Source: Octopus sinensis (lineage: Eukaryota). Taken from it: a DNA stretch of 64,000 nt. Below, piece by piece: positions 36,065 to 48,946 of the stretch. Within the stretch, counting starts at the first letter, position 1, and every line of letters begins with the position of its first letter. Made by a program: the position numbers and the translations under genes. A model generated the notes under the pieces. The model saw nothing but the letters and a program-made list of their open reading frames with translations. It ran no database searches and was not told the origin of the DNA. The stretch is taken from assembly GCF_006345805.1 (NCBI RefSeq), contig NC_043026.1, positions 14,053,579 to 14,117,578 of the forward strand. Reading direction: 5' to 3'.

Positions 36065-36790
36065 AATAATAATAATAATAATAATGAAATTATTGTATAC
36101 AGTGCTCAGGTGCACCACAACTTGTCAAAAGTGCGTATAAAGCATATGCAGTAATGTACAAATGTCTGGAAAGCGAACAGTGTATGAGTCAGATACATGC
36201 TTGCGTGTGTATGGAGGGGAGAAAATCAGGTGTAGTGTTGGCAAATCTCGGGAAGCATGGAAGTTTTGAAGGATGCAGTGCTCCGACAGCTAACAACTGA
36301 TGCCGGCAGTTTGTTCCATGCTTCAGCAACTCTCAGCGTGAAAAAATGTTTCCAGAAGTCATGGGAGCTGTGCTGTTTTCTGACTTTGTAAATATGTCCA
36401 CGGGTGTTAGACGGGTGGAGTTTGAAAAGGTGCTCAGAGTTATTGTTTGTAAGCTGGTTAATAATTTTATGGGTGTCTGCATATGCAGTAATGTACAAAT
36501 GTCTGGGAAGTGAACAGTGTATGAGTCAGATACATGCTTGCGTGTGTATGGAGGGGAGAAAATCAGGTGTAGTGTTGGCGAATCTCAGAAAGCATGGAAG
36601 TTTTGAAGGATGCAGTGCTCCAATAACTAACAACTGATGCCGGCAGTTTGTTCCATGCTTCAGCAACTCTCAGCGTGAAAAAATGTTTCCTGAAGTCATG
36701 GGAGCTGTGCTGTTTTCTGACTTTGTAAATATGGCCACAGGTGTTAGACAGGTGGAGTTTGAAAAGGTGCTCAGAGTTATTGTTTGTACG
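36065..36790 (-). mobile_element. CR1-group LINE 3' end, tandemly duplicated
   Basis: NTRGHIYKVRKQHSSHDFRKHFFTLRVAEAWNKLPASVVS...FK present twice; (ATT)n tail. Confidence 0.8.
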
Positions 36791-36809
36791 ATGTGTTACA
36801 TTTCTGCTG

Positions 36810-37193
36810 TGGAGGCGCAATGGCCCAGTGGTTAGGGCAGCGGACTCGCGGTCATAGGATCGCATTTTCGATTCCCAGACCGGGCGTTGTGAGTGTTTAT
36901 TGAGCGAAAACACCTAAAGCTCCACGAGGCTCCGGCAGGGGATGATGGTGATCCCTGCTGTACTCTTTCACCACAACTTTCTCTCACTCTTACTTCCTGT
37001 TTCTGTTGTACCTGTATTTCAAAGGGGCCGGCCTTGTCACTCTCTGTGTCACGCTGAATATCCCCCGAGAACTACGTTAAGGGTGCACGTGTCTAGAGTG
37101 CTCAGCCACTTACACGTTAATTTCACGAGCAGGCTGTTCCGTTGATTCGGATCAACCGGAACCCTCGTCGTCGTAACCGACGGAGTGCTTCCA
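36810..37193 (+). mobile_element. SINE family B, complete (reference copy)
   Basis: tRNA-like head TGGCCCAGTGG...TTTCGATTCCC, then a conserved body ending CGGAGTGCTTCCA. Confidence 0.9.
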
Positions 37194-37257
37194 TTACTCT
37201 ACCTCTGGTATTCGACAACTATTTTTTCCAACATGTTTCACATTTATACGCTTACTC

Positions 37258-37758
37258 TGGTGTATGCATGCATGCAAGTATGCATGCATGCATGCATGTA
37301 TGTATGTATCTATGTATGTATGCATGCATGTATGTATGTATGTATGTATGTATTATGTATGTATGTATGTATGTAGTTTGTATGTATGTATGTATATATG
37401 TATGTATGCATGGATGGATGGATGTATGCATGTATGTATATATGTATGCATGTATTATGTATGTATGTATATATGTATGTATGTGTATATGTATGTATGT
37501 ATGTATGTTTGTATGTATATATGTATGTATGTTTGTATGTATGTATGTATGTATGTATATATGTATGGATGGATGGATGCATACATGTATGTATGCATGC
37601 TTGCATGCATACATACATGTATGCATGTATGTATATATGTATGTATTATGTATGTATGTATGTATGTATGTATGTATGTATGCATGCATGGATGTATGCA
37701 TGTATGTATGTATGTATGTATGTATGTATGTATGTATGTAGAGAGAGAGAGAGAGAGC
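37258..37758. repeat. (TATG)n/(CATG)n microsatellite
   Basis: Direct reading. Confidence 0.95.
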
Positions 37759-38061
37759 AATAAGAAAATGGAGGGGATCAATAGTTGGTATTCATCAACT
37801 TTTAGACATTTTATTATGTCAATTTTTTTATCTACTAAAAGGACAGTTATAACAATATACATACATGTATAACATATTATGCTTTACATGTATAATATAT
37901 AAAATATAAGCAGAGGTATGAGAAAGTTATAAGAGGAGAAATATTATAATTTATAAAATCAATATATCTTAAGGTTATTTTAGTTATGTAAGAATGAACT
38001 GTATATACATGAGGAATACACATGTATATACACATACACACACAGACACACACATATATAT

Positions 38062-38142
<81 letters not shown>

Positions 38143-38157
38143 GTATATATGTATATA

Positions 38158-40430
38158 CTAGCAGAATTGCCCGGCAATGCTCGGGGCTAAATTGCTTGAA
38201 AGTACTGTTAATGATTGCACTGAATTATGATGATTATTCAGGCAAATATTGATATAAGTTTACGGCGAATGAATGTATTTGTAAGTGTATAGAAAGCCGT
38301 GTAAAGGGGTTCCTATCCCCTCGTAGAATGGTGTAAGAATTGAATACGAAGTTGCCTTGAAAAGAGCGATGTTATTGTTCTCATAATTGTAAGAATTTGA
38401 TAGTCGTGGAAGGCGGTGTAAAACGTTCGCAGGTGAATAGGGTCTCTTCGTTTTCCACGAACGGCAGCGGATGTGCTGTTACAAAAATTCATGCTGTGTT
38501 AAAAGAGAATGGATGCCCTATGTAGGCAAGAGGGGAATGAAGCATGGGTAAGTAAATATGGGTAATTTATAAAATATAGAACAATAGCATCTACTCACCA
38601 TATGTCAGACCGGCAAGACTGTAGTGGTGCTGAATAGATGAATCACAACACAGTGGTGGAGATGTTTTCATTGATGGACGTTGTGATTAAATTTGTTGTT
38701 GTATAAAATGATCTGTTGCTTAGTTTCCAAAGTGTATGTTGCGATCGTGTTGTAGCTTATGTAAACTTTAACAGTGAGAGTGTAGATGTAGGGGGTAGAT
38801 ATGTCATGTACGTTGGATATAGAAGATGAGGCTGGTGGTTTGATGATGAATGGATAGAAATAGAGGTGAGCGAAGAACAGGTGTTGGTTAAGTGTGAATT
38901 AATGTCATGAAACGCCTAAAAATGTAAATGCCATCATAAAAGAGAGTCGTATGTAAGTGAAATACTAACGTGTTCGAAAATGATTAAAAGTAGTAATCCT
39001 ATAAAACCTCCTTGTACACAATGTTTTTTGTTTTTCGTTGTGGAACGAATGCGAAAGCATCACTGTTGCTGCCGACACGCGAGCAGGCAACATAAAGCTG
39101 ACCATGAGAGAAACGTGGCTCTCCCAAATGTATTCCCGCCACAGACAGAGTTTGACCCTGCGCTTTGTTAATTGACATTGCGAAACATGGCCTTGCTGGG
39201 AACTGGGACCTCCGAAATATGAAAGGTAGGTCTGCTCCTGATGGGAAAAGATGCATCCTAGGTATGAGAACAACGTTGCCTCGACCGCACCCTGTGATAA
39301 TGGTGGCCTCAATCAGATTGGGAGATAAGGACTTAACGATGAAACGTGTGCCATTGCATTGTTTTGGGGGAACCAAATTTCTAATGAGCATTATAGGGGC
39401 ACCAACTTTAAGTTTGAGAATGTGTGGTGGTAGTCCGGGGGGCTCAAAGGAATTGAGTACCTCTATTGGATAGTTGATGACGTCCTCTGGGTCAGGAGTT
39501 GTATAGATAGACTTATATACATAGACATCCCCAGGAATGAGTTTTAGCATTTCATCATTAATATGGTGAACAGTTTTATTCCTCGGGGCCAGAATAGCCC
39601 TTTGGCCAATCCAATCCATATTCTGATAATTAGCTTGTAGATCCGGGAACACTGCATCTCTGAGATCAGAAGGCGTTTTAACAATGGTACAAATGGAATC
39701 GATGGCAATATTACCATTTTCATCCCCTGGTATTTTGCCTTCGCCAAGTGCAAGGAGGGTGTGAGGAAATGCTGCTAATGTGATATTACGTCGCATATGA
39801 GCACGCATATTGGTGTGAAGTTTGAGAGTCTTCACCAGTGGCCACAACGTGGATGACTTAAGACACGCACTTACTGCATCAGCTCTAGTCCCTTTGGGAA
39901 TAACGGGAAGTGTTTGTCGGAAGTCCCCTGAAAGAAGAAGTGTTATGCCTCCCATGGGAGCTGAAGAGTGTTTGATGTCTCTGAGAGATGTATCTAGTGC
40001 CACAAGAGCACGTCTGTGGGCCGTCGTGCATTCATCCCAAACGATAAGCTTGCATCGTCTGAAGACTTCTGCCTGATCGGAGCTGTTACTGATGTTGCAA
40101 GTTGGTGTCTCAGTCTTCGCTAAGTCAAGCGGGAGCTTGAAAGTGGAGTGAGCTGTCCTGCCGCCTGGCAACAAAGTAGCCGCAATTCCAGATGATTCAA
40201 CAGCTAGGGCAATGCCTTGTATTCGCCTAATCTCAGCCAATATTAATTTGTTGACAAAAGTTTTCCCAGTGCCCCCAGGAGCGTCCAGGAATAACAACGG
40301 AGTTGTAAGCGAACTTCTGTTCTGGAAGGAGCTTTGGCTCATTGTCGGCTATGTACTCGGCAAGCTCGTCAACATTAAAACATGTCTCACGCAGCAAATG
40401 TGAAGACAGAGTGTTTGTGCCTACACATGT
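38158..40430 (-). mobile_element. Helitron 3' portion carrying the helicase domain
   Basis: Minus-strand end GCCCCGAGCATTGCCGGGC hairpin followed by CTAG|T at 38158; helicase ORF upstream on the same strand. Confidence 0.85.
38999..40400 (-). pseudogene. Helitron RepHel C-terminal PIF1-family helicase (5'-truncated, frameshift near 40330)
   Basis: LDAPGGTGKT (Walker A), IVWDEC (Walker B), GDFRQTLPV, FAMSINKAQGQTL, HGQLYVACSRV. Confidence 0.92.
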
Positions 40431-41113
40431 CAAGTCACCACACAGTGGGACTGCACCCAGGACCATGTGTTTGGAATGTAGTTTGTTACCACACAGCCAC
40501 ACCTGCCCCTATGTATGTGTGTGTGTGTGTGTGCGTATGTGTGTGTGGGTAGATATATTATGCATGTATATATGTGTATATATATATGTGTACATATTAC
40601 ATGTACATCTATATATATACATCATCACCTAAAATACAAAATACAAAGTTATATCTTGATATCGCTAATGATAGCAATACTCAAAATATATAACAGACTG
40701 GAATTGTAGGCCCGTCTCTTGCAATTTCGATCAATTGGATCTTGTCCTCCCTCTTGTATAGAAGTGTACAGCTGCAGCGAAATTCATTTTTGGACTTTCT
40801 TTTATCGAAGGCATCTTAACAAAAATGCTTCCGTAAAGACGGTGAAAATATTATCAATTTCCCCAAACAGGGACACAATTCAATTTTTAAACAATAACCA
40901 AAGCCCCTTCTCCGAAAGGGGGAGGGTTACGGTTTACAATTATTTAACAAATGCAACACAACAACGTTTCCCTGATGAGGAACCAACAAACGTGATTACA
41001 ATAGTCAAACAGTAATAATAACAACAAACCATTTGAATTTATCCCCATTTATGTGAAACCACTTATTCAAGTTCAAGTCATTGATGCAATTTAATATGAA
41101 TTGCTAATACACA

Positions 41114-41155
<42 letters not shown>

Positions 41156-41640
41156 ACACACACACATAAAAAGGGTGAAAAATTGAATATTAATTTGATT
41201 AATATGAATTGAAAACCAGTGGTGTAGCATATAAGACCATAGCGGATCTTCCTCTAGCAAAAAGGATGACCAGTATTAATGGCTCATCCCTGTTATATAA
41301 ATACTTTCACTTTAATTGTTGCACACTTGCAAAGAGAAAGTAGGAGAAAGTGTAGTGGTAATGGAAGGATTGAAGCACTTGAAATGAGAGAGGCAAATCG
41401 TAAAATATTGAGTTTTCTCGAATTTTTGCTTAATTGGGGGTCAAATTGAAAAAAACTTTACATGCCATGACCCAATCGAATCTACTTGGAAAAATCATAG
41501 GTAAATTTCAATTGAAGAAATTCTATATTGTAGAATTGTATTAAAAAGAAACATGGGAACAGGCAGAGAAAATCTGCCTTTTATCATAAGATATCATAAG
41601 AGATAAGAAGATAAGATATATATATAATATCTATATATAC

Positions 41641-41671
<31 letters not shown>

Positions 41672-42250
41672 TGTACAATTGCAGCGTGGAAGGTGTTTAT
41701 AAGCCATTTAAGAAACACACAAAAGCCGTTCGATTCACTTCAACATTTAAGTTTAATTTGTCAAAATATTTTCGTCGCTAAAATCCGCGACCTATTCACT
41801 GACAGAAATCCGTTTTATATATATATATATATATATATAAATATATATATACAGTATGTTTATGTATAATACTTAAAGTGTCCTCCCATTTTTATATGAA
41901 AAACAAAGCAAATTTTAACTTTTAGCTGTTATTTCTAGCTTCATGTTGGACCGCTTCTGGGACAATATTTCTTTAGATGCTTCTCCTTAGTGTTCTTCCT
42001 CTTTCTATGAAAGCAATTCCAAGTTTGGAGTACTTGGTTTATAGTTTTAGCATGATTCCTGAACACTCTACGAACAATATTTCTTTTAATATGGTTTTAA
42101 AACATCATTCAATTTTTATGTGGTATACAACACTAATGGGAAGAGACTGGGATTCTGTTTTGAGTCCGTATAAAAGCAAAATTTCTTTTATGCATACTTG
42201 GTAATTAGCCTTCATTTTTATATGAAAGAAAGAGTATATTTGGGGTCATT

Positions 42251-44976
42251 CGTGCCGGTGGCACGTAAAAAGCACCATCCGTTCGTGGCCGTTGCCAGCC
42301 TCGCCTGGCAGCTATGCCGGTGGCACGTAAAAAGCACCCACTACACTCATGGAGTGGTTGGCGTTAGGAAGGGCATCAAACCGTAGAAACAGGGCCAGAT
42401 CAGATTGGACCTGGTGCAGCCTTCTGGCTTCCCAGACCCCAGTTGAACCGTCCAACCCATGCTAGCATGGGAAGCGGACGTTAAACGATGATGAAGGCGT
42501 TAGGAAGGGCATCCAGCTGTAGAAACACTGCCAGATCAGACTGGAGCCTGGTGCAGCCTCCTGGCTTCCCAGACCCCGGTCGAACCGTCCAACCCATGCT
42601 AGCATGGAAAGCGGACGTTAAATGATGATGAAGGCGTTAGGAAGGGCATCCAGCTGTAGAAACACTGCCAGATCAGACTGGAGCCTGGTGCAGCCTCCTG
42701 GCTTCCCAGACCCCGGTCGAACCGTCCAACCCATGCTAGCATGGAAAGCGGACGTTAAACGATGATGAAGGCGTTAGGAAGGGCATCCAGCTGTAGAAAC
42801 ACTGCCAGATCAGACTGGAGCCTGGTGCAGCCTTCGGGCTTCCCAGACCCCAGTTGAACCGTCCAAACCATGCTAGCATGGAAAGCGGACGTTAAACGAT
42901 GATGAAGGCGTTAGGAAGGGCATCCAGCTGTAGAAACACTGCCAGATCAGACTGGAGCCTGGTGCAGCCTTCGGGCTTCCCAGACCCCAGTTGAACCGTC
43001 CAAACCATGCTAGCATGGAAAGCGGACGTTAAACGATGATGAAGGCGTTAGGAAGGCATCCAGCTGTAGAAACACTGCCAGATCAGACTGGAGCGGTGCA
43101 GCCTTCGGGCTTCCCAGACCCCAGTTTTGAACCGTCCAACCCATGCTAGCATGAAGCGGACGTTAACGATGATGAAGCGTTAGGAAGGGCATCCAGCTGT
43201 AGAAACACTGCCAGATCAGACTGGAGCCTGGTGCAGCCTCCTGGCTTCCCAGACCCCGGTCGAACCGTCCAACCCATGCTAGCATGGAAAGCGGACGTTA
43301 AACGAATGAATGAGGCGTTAGGAAGGGCATCCAGCTGTAAAACACTGCCAGATCAGACTGGAGCCTGGTGCAGCCTCCTGGCTTCCCAGACCCCGGTCGA
43401 ACCGTCCAAACCCATTCTAGCATGGAAAGCGGACGTTAAATGATGATGAAGGCGTTAGGAAGGGCATCCAGCTGTAGAAACACTCTGCCAGATCAACTGG
43501 AGCCTGGTGCAGCCTCCTGGCTTCCCAGACCCCGTTCGAACCGTCCAACCCATGCTAGCATGGAAAGCGACGTTTAAATGATGATGAAGGCGTTAGGAAG
43601 GGCATCCAGCTGTAGAAACACTGCCAGATCAGACTGGAGCCTGGTTAGCCTTCGGGCTTCCCAGATCCCCCGTGTCGAACCGTCCAACCCATGCTAGCAT
43701 GGAAAGCGGACGTTAACGATGATGAAGGCGTTAGGAAGGCAATCCAGCTGTAGAAACACTGCCAGATCAGATGGAGCCTGGTGCAGCCTTCGGGCTCCCA
43801 GATCCCCGGTCGAACCGTCAAACCCATGCTAGCATGGAAAGCGGACGTTAAACGATGATGAAGGCGGCGTTAGGAAGGGCATCCAGCTGTAGAAACACTG
43901 CCAGATCAGACTGGAGCCTGGTGCAGCCTTCGGGCTTCCCAGACCCCAGTTGAACCGTCCAAACCATGCTAGCATGGAAAGCGGACGTTAAACGATGATG
44001 AAGGCGTTAGGAAGGGCATCCAGCTGTAGAAACACTGCCAGATCAGACTGGAGCCTGGTGCAGCCTTCTGGCTTCCCAGACCCCAGTTGAACCGTCCAAA
44101 CCATGCTAGCATGGAAAGCGGACGTTAAATGATGATGAAGGCGTTAGGAAGGGCATCCAGCTGTAGAAACACTGCCAGATCAGACTGGAGCCTGGTGCAG
44201 CCTTCTGGCTTCCCAGACCCCGGTCGAACCGTCCAACCCATGCTAGCATGGAAAGCGGACGTTAAACGATGATGAAGGCGTTAGGAAGGGCATCCAGCTG
44301 TAGAAACACTGCCAGATCAGACTGGAGCCTGGTGCAGCCTTCGGGCTTCCCAGACCCCAGTTGAACCGTCCAAACCATGCTGCAGGAAAAGCGGACGTTA
44401 ACGATGATGAAGGCGTTAGGAAGGGCATCCAGCTGTAGAAACACTGCCAGATCAGACTGGAGCCTGGTGCAGCCTTCTGGCTCCCAGACCCCAGTTGAAC
44501 GTCCAAACCATGCTAGCATGGAAAGCGGACGTTAAATGATGATGAAGGCGTTAGGAAGGGCATCCAGCTGTAGAAAAACTGCCAGATCAGACTGGAGCCT
44601 GGTGCAGCAGCCTTCTGGCTTCCCAGACCCCGGTCGAACCGTCCAACCCATGCTAGCATGGAAAAAGCGGACGTTAAACGATGATGAAGGCGTTAGGAAG
44701 GCATCCAGCTGTAGAAACACTGCCAGATCAGACTGGAGCCTGGTGCAGCCTTCGGGCTTCCCAGACCCCAGTTGAACCGTCCAAACCATGCTAGCATGGA
44801 AGCGGACGTTAAACGATGATGAAGGCGTTAGGAAGGGCATCCAGTTGTAGAAAACCACTGCAGATCAGACTGGAGCCTGGTGCAGCCTTCGGGCTTCCCA
44901 GACCCCAGTTGAACCGTCCAACCCATGCTAGCATGGAAAGCGGATGCTAAACGATGATGATGATGATGATGATGAT
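42251..44976 (+). repeat. 19-unit tandem array of the 137-bp family E 3' block
   Basis: GGCGTTAGGAAG starts at about 42360, 42496, 42633, 42770, 42907, 43044 ... 44824; only the last unit has a long (GAT)n tail. Confidence 0.95.
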
Positions 44977-44989
44977 TTGGTTTTACTTG

Positions 44990-45150
44990 CTAACGTAAAG
45001 ATGACTACGTATAGGAAATATCAACCCGATGCATAAAAGTGACAGGAATGCAAGAAAAGTAGTTAATGTGACAATCGATGTAGATTTTGTGGGGTTAATA
45101 CCGAAATTATCACCCACATCATAAGCAGTTGTCCAAAAATGTCATCACAG
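44990..45150 (+). mobile_element. RLE-type LINE fragment (CCHC zinc finger region, R4-like)
   Basis: CDNRCRFCGVNTEIITHIISSCPKM with in-frame stops upstream. Confidence 0.6.
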
Positions 45151-45182
45151 CCTTACAGGAATTTGGTAGCAAGGACACAGCG

Positions 45183-45415
45183 AAGGCGGCGAGCTGGCAG
45201 AAACGTTAGCACGCCGGGCGAAGTGCTTAGCGGTATTTCGTCTACCGCTACGTTCTGAGTTCAAATTCCGTCGAGGTCGACTTTGCCTTTCAACCTTTCG
45301 TAGTCGATAAATTAAGTAACAGTTACGCACTGGGGGTCGATGTAATCGACTTAATCCGTTTGTCTGTCCTTGTTTGTCCCCTCTGTGTTTAGCCCCTTGT
45401 GGGCAGTAAAGAAAT
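45183..45415 (+). mobile_element. SINE family D, complete (reference copy)
   Basis: GGCGGCGAGCTGGCAG...GAGTTCAAATTCC head, Meta-like core, tail AGCCCCTTGTGGGCAGTAAAGAAAT. Confidence 0.9.
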
Positions 45416-45899
45416 AGAAATAGGTATTTCGTCTGCCGCTGCGTTCTGAGCTCATGCAGTCTTCTCGTCTGCCCACGTCTTGATGGGTGTGTCACATACG
45501 TACACACACAAACACACACACATGTAGGGGTTTGCACACACTCATACATATATGCACACACATTCACACATAAATAGAAATTGCAAGAGGTCAAAATGAT
45601 AATAAAAAAAAAATCTGTGAAAAATGAAAAAAAATCGATTATAGGGCATTATTGAATGAAATGATCAATACTTGTTGAAAAGAAGTAACATGTGGTAAGT
45701 TTTATTTGAAACGATCAGATTTGGGCCAAGCCACAATAACGCCTGTGTTTATGTCTAAGTAAAAACATACATAAGAGTGGGTGTGTTCGTGTGCAGATAT
45801 GCTTGGGTACACATTTACTTATATAGAAATACAGCTGTAAGTTGTGACCTCACCCGAAAACAATTTTATGAAATAAAACTCACGAGATGTTTTCCCTGT

Positions 45900-46949
45900 T
45901 CAACAAGATTTAGTCATTTCACTCAGTAAAACACAACCTACTTTTTACCTTTATGTGTTTGTTTTTGCAAGATTCTTCATGTTTCGCCCCAGTCAACCAA
46001 AAACAGGTAGACACCCTACCACCACCTCCATGGCCAAAAATACCCTTATGGACTGGTGGAAAGGGTGGATCAGAGACATAAGGACCCCTGAAAGCTATGA
46101 TCAAGTGAAAAAAATGTCACCTGATAGTTGCGAGTACCAAAGTTACTTTAAAGGGTCAAATGTTTAAGTTCAATAAAAAAAATATATGCCCCGAAAGAGG
46201 AGGCAACCAGTATTGGTGGCCATGTGGCCAACCTCTTTATGGTATGGTGGGATAAGAGAATCCAGGAACGTTCTGCAGAGAACTCCATAACCCTAACCAT
46301 GTACTCTTGCTATATTAATAATTTCAAGAAAGCAGCAAAAACACTTCCACACGATAACATCTATGAACTAGATGCTAGCACCATGAAGAGCATCCAGCAA
46401 ATAGCTAATCCCGTCTACCAGGGTATTAGCGAACATTACATTGCCCTAAAAAGCACCCCCTCTACAGACTACCCGTTTTAGACACTCAACTGTGGATGGA
46501 AACTAGCAATTCTCCATTCATACTATGCCAAGCCCATGGCCTCCAGATACCTGTGCCACAGAATACAGCAAATGTGGATGATACTAAGTTCAATATCCTG
46601 ATAACGGACTTGATAAGGGTGATGAGAAAGGAGTCCTAAATGTGTGGCCCAACGGAATTGAAGAGACGCATACAGCACTTCATCTCCTGCTTGCAGTTCT
46701 CTAGAAACAGTCAAAGAGAAAGGATCAGTGTGGACAAAGGGGCTATGACAAAACTCAAGACCATCATAGAGAATGATGCAAATGGGATCTGCCTGCTATA
46801 CAGGAATAAATCATGGAATAGTATAGAAGGGACAAAGAGAAAGATAGGGAAGGCCAGCTCATGGTATGATGGCCAAACATACCAAAGCATCATGTTCATT
46901 GATGCTACCCCTAGAGGAGAACTAGCGAATTATTTTAGAAAAACCTTCG
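45900..46949 (+). mobile_element. Decayed Penelope-like reverse transcriptase fragment
   Basis: Frameshifted IGGHVANLFMVWWD, HYAKPMAS-like and LIRVMRK-like segments and LLYRNKSWN...IMFIDATPRGELA. Family assignment is by motif recollection. Confidence 0.55.
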
Positions 46950-47987
46950 GTAATGTCAGAATTCTGCCTGCGGCTGATTGGGTCGGGTCAAAATCAATTT
47001 TGACCCTATGGACCCAATCAGCTGAGGATCTGGTTTTGCCAGATTTTTTAACAATGGTCGGTTCCAGGTACCAGGTGATCCTTGAGGGACGCCCCCTTAC
47101 CCCAAGTGTCACCTGTGCCTGGAATTGGGCCATATAAAAAACTGCCACCGGTTCCTAGCAAAGGTCCTGGAGCAGTTAATAGAAGAGCCCCCTGCTCCCC
47201 CATTGGAGGGGGAGGAAGAGAGGGAGGAAGTCAAGGGGGAGGCAACCCCATCGAAAAAGAAAGGGAGAAAAAGAAAGAAGGTGGTCAATAATGGTTACCC
47301 ACCAATGGATCCTGAGGCGGCGGGAGGAATGGAAGGACTTCCAGACAAGACGGAGGAACTCCAATCTCCCGTCGTAAAGGAAAAGCGGAAATGGAAAAAG
47401 AAGAAAAATGGGACATTGCTGGCGGTCGATGGTGAACTGCAGGCATGCCCAGAAACTTTGTCGGTGGGATGTGTGCCACCGACAGAGGAAACAGCGGCCC
47501 CCTCCAAGAAGGAGGAAAGATGATTTTGTCATCTTCCTCCAGAAGGAAGGGGCGTTACAGAGCTTCGTAAGAAGCTGGATGACCGGAGAGAGGAGCCCAT
47601 GGCCTGGACAGTGGATGTGGATTGGATGTTAGTATGTTAAGGGTGATGGGCGCCTTCTCTAAGCATATGTTCAGATTTTCATTCCGGGGCCCCGACCTGG
47701 ACCTGGAGCAGTGCCTAAGGGTAGCGTAGAGCCTGGTCGGGGAGGAAGGAACTTAATTGGCTAAATTATGTGTTTTAAATTGTAAAAACTGTGGTAAGAG
47801 GTTTAATACCTCATTTTGTATTTTTCTGAAGAACAATGTTTTAGAGATCCAAAAGTCGGCGGCGCTTTTTGTCTTATCCCATTCTTATCATCTTCGTTTC
47901 ATTATCATTCACTTCATTAATGTTCTTGTCCAGCCCGCAAAGCTACACACTATGTACAGCCTTTATGGCAAATATAATGAAATAAAG
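46950..47987 (+). mobile_element. ORF1-only Tx1-derived retroelement, copy 1 (5'-truncated)
   Basis: ILPAADWVGSK...VILEGRP..KCHLCLELGHIKNC, acidic/basic linker, then the shared 3' UTR ending GAAATAAAG. Confidence 0.7.
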
Positions 47988-48933
47988 TTATGGCGGTTAT
48001 GGTGAAGGAGCCAACCCCTCCGGCACCAAAGATAAAAAGCAAAAAGAAAAAAGGAATCGGACAGTGGCGGAGGTGTGCAATGTACTGCCTACGGCATGTC
48101 CCGAGACGTCTTCGGTGGGAATCGTGCCAACGACAGAGGAAGATGTGGACCCTCCCTGTGAAAGTAAAGAATATGTGGTGTTCTATCTTAAGGGAGGGGT
48201 TGTTGACAGCTTTATAATGAAATGTCTTGCAGGTCAGGACCTGATGGAATCGGCCTGTACTGGAAGCCAGCATTGGCCACCGTAGGTAGCGGCGCTGGAG
48301 GTGAAAGAAAGAGATTTCTTTCGAATAGTGGAATCCTGTTCGGAAGGACATTACAGTTATACCTTTTGGTGCCCCGACTTGCGCCTGAGGCATTACCTGC
48401 AGGCGGCAAGAGAATTGATAGGGGATGATTGAAGAGACTCGGTGTCTCAGTTTGTGTAAGAGGTTTATTGCCTCACATTGTTTGTTCTTTTTATAGAAAG
48501 ACAAAGAAGATTTGTAATAAACTAAAGCAAGAGGTTTAATACCTCATTTTGTTATTTTAAAAACAAAGAAAATGGCGGGCGTTTTTTTGTCTCTTCCCAT
48601 CAATATCATTTTTTCGTCTTTTATTTTCATCATTCATCTCATTAATGTTTCTTATTTCTTTATTGCCCACAAGGGGCTAAACATTGAGGGGACAAACAAG
48701 GATTAAATCGACCCCAGTGCATAATTGGTACTTAATTTATCGACCCCGAAAGGATGAAAGGCAAAGTCGACCTCGGCGGAATTTGAACTCAGAACGCAAC
48801 GGCATCTCCTAAGCAGTTCGCCCGGCGTGCTAACGTTCCTGCAATCTCGCCGCCTTAACATCTCATTAATGTTTCTGTCCAGCCCACAAGCTACTCTCTG
48901 TACTGCCTTCATGGTAAATTTAATGAAATAAAG
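47988..48933 (+). mobile_element. ORF1-only Tx1-derived retroelement, copy 2 (5'-truncated, SINE D inserted in its 3' UTR)
   Basis: ACPETSSVGIVPTTEE...EYVVFY, homologous to copies 1 and 3; same 3' UTR ending GAAATAAAG. Confidence 0.7.
48654..48860 (-). mobile_element. SINE family D with 18-bp TSD
   Basis: CATCTCATTAATGTTTCT present on both flanks. Confidence 0.85.
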
Positions 48934-48946
48934 TAGCTTGCTTACC

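Noticed and set aside
40965-41000. Hammerhead candidate CCCTGATGAGGAACC; also CTGATGA on the minus strand near 8070 and 61410, and CTGAAGA near 31525 and 51527
   Set aside because: No properly placed GAAA with paired stems I-III could be built.
42360-44976. CRISPR-like regular repeat spacing (also 21763-22925)
   Set aside because: Whole units repeat with no unique spacers, there are no cas genes, and the context is eukaryotic.
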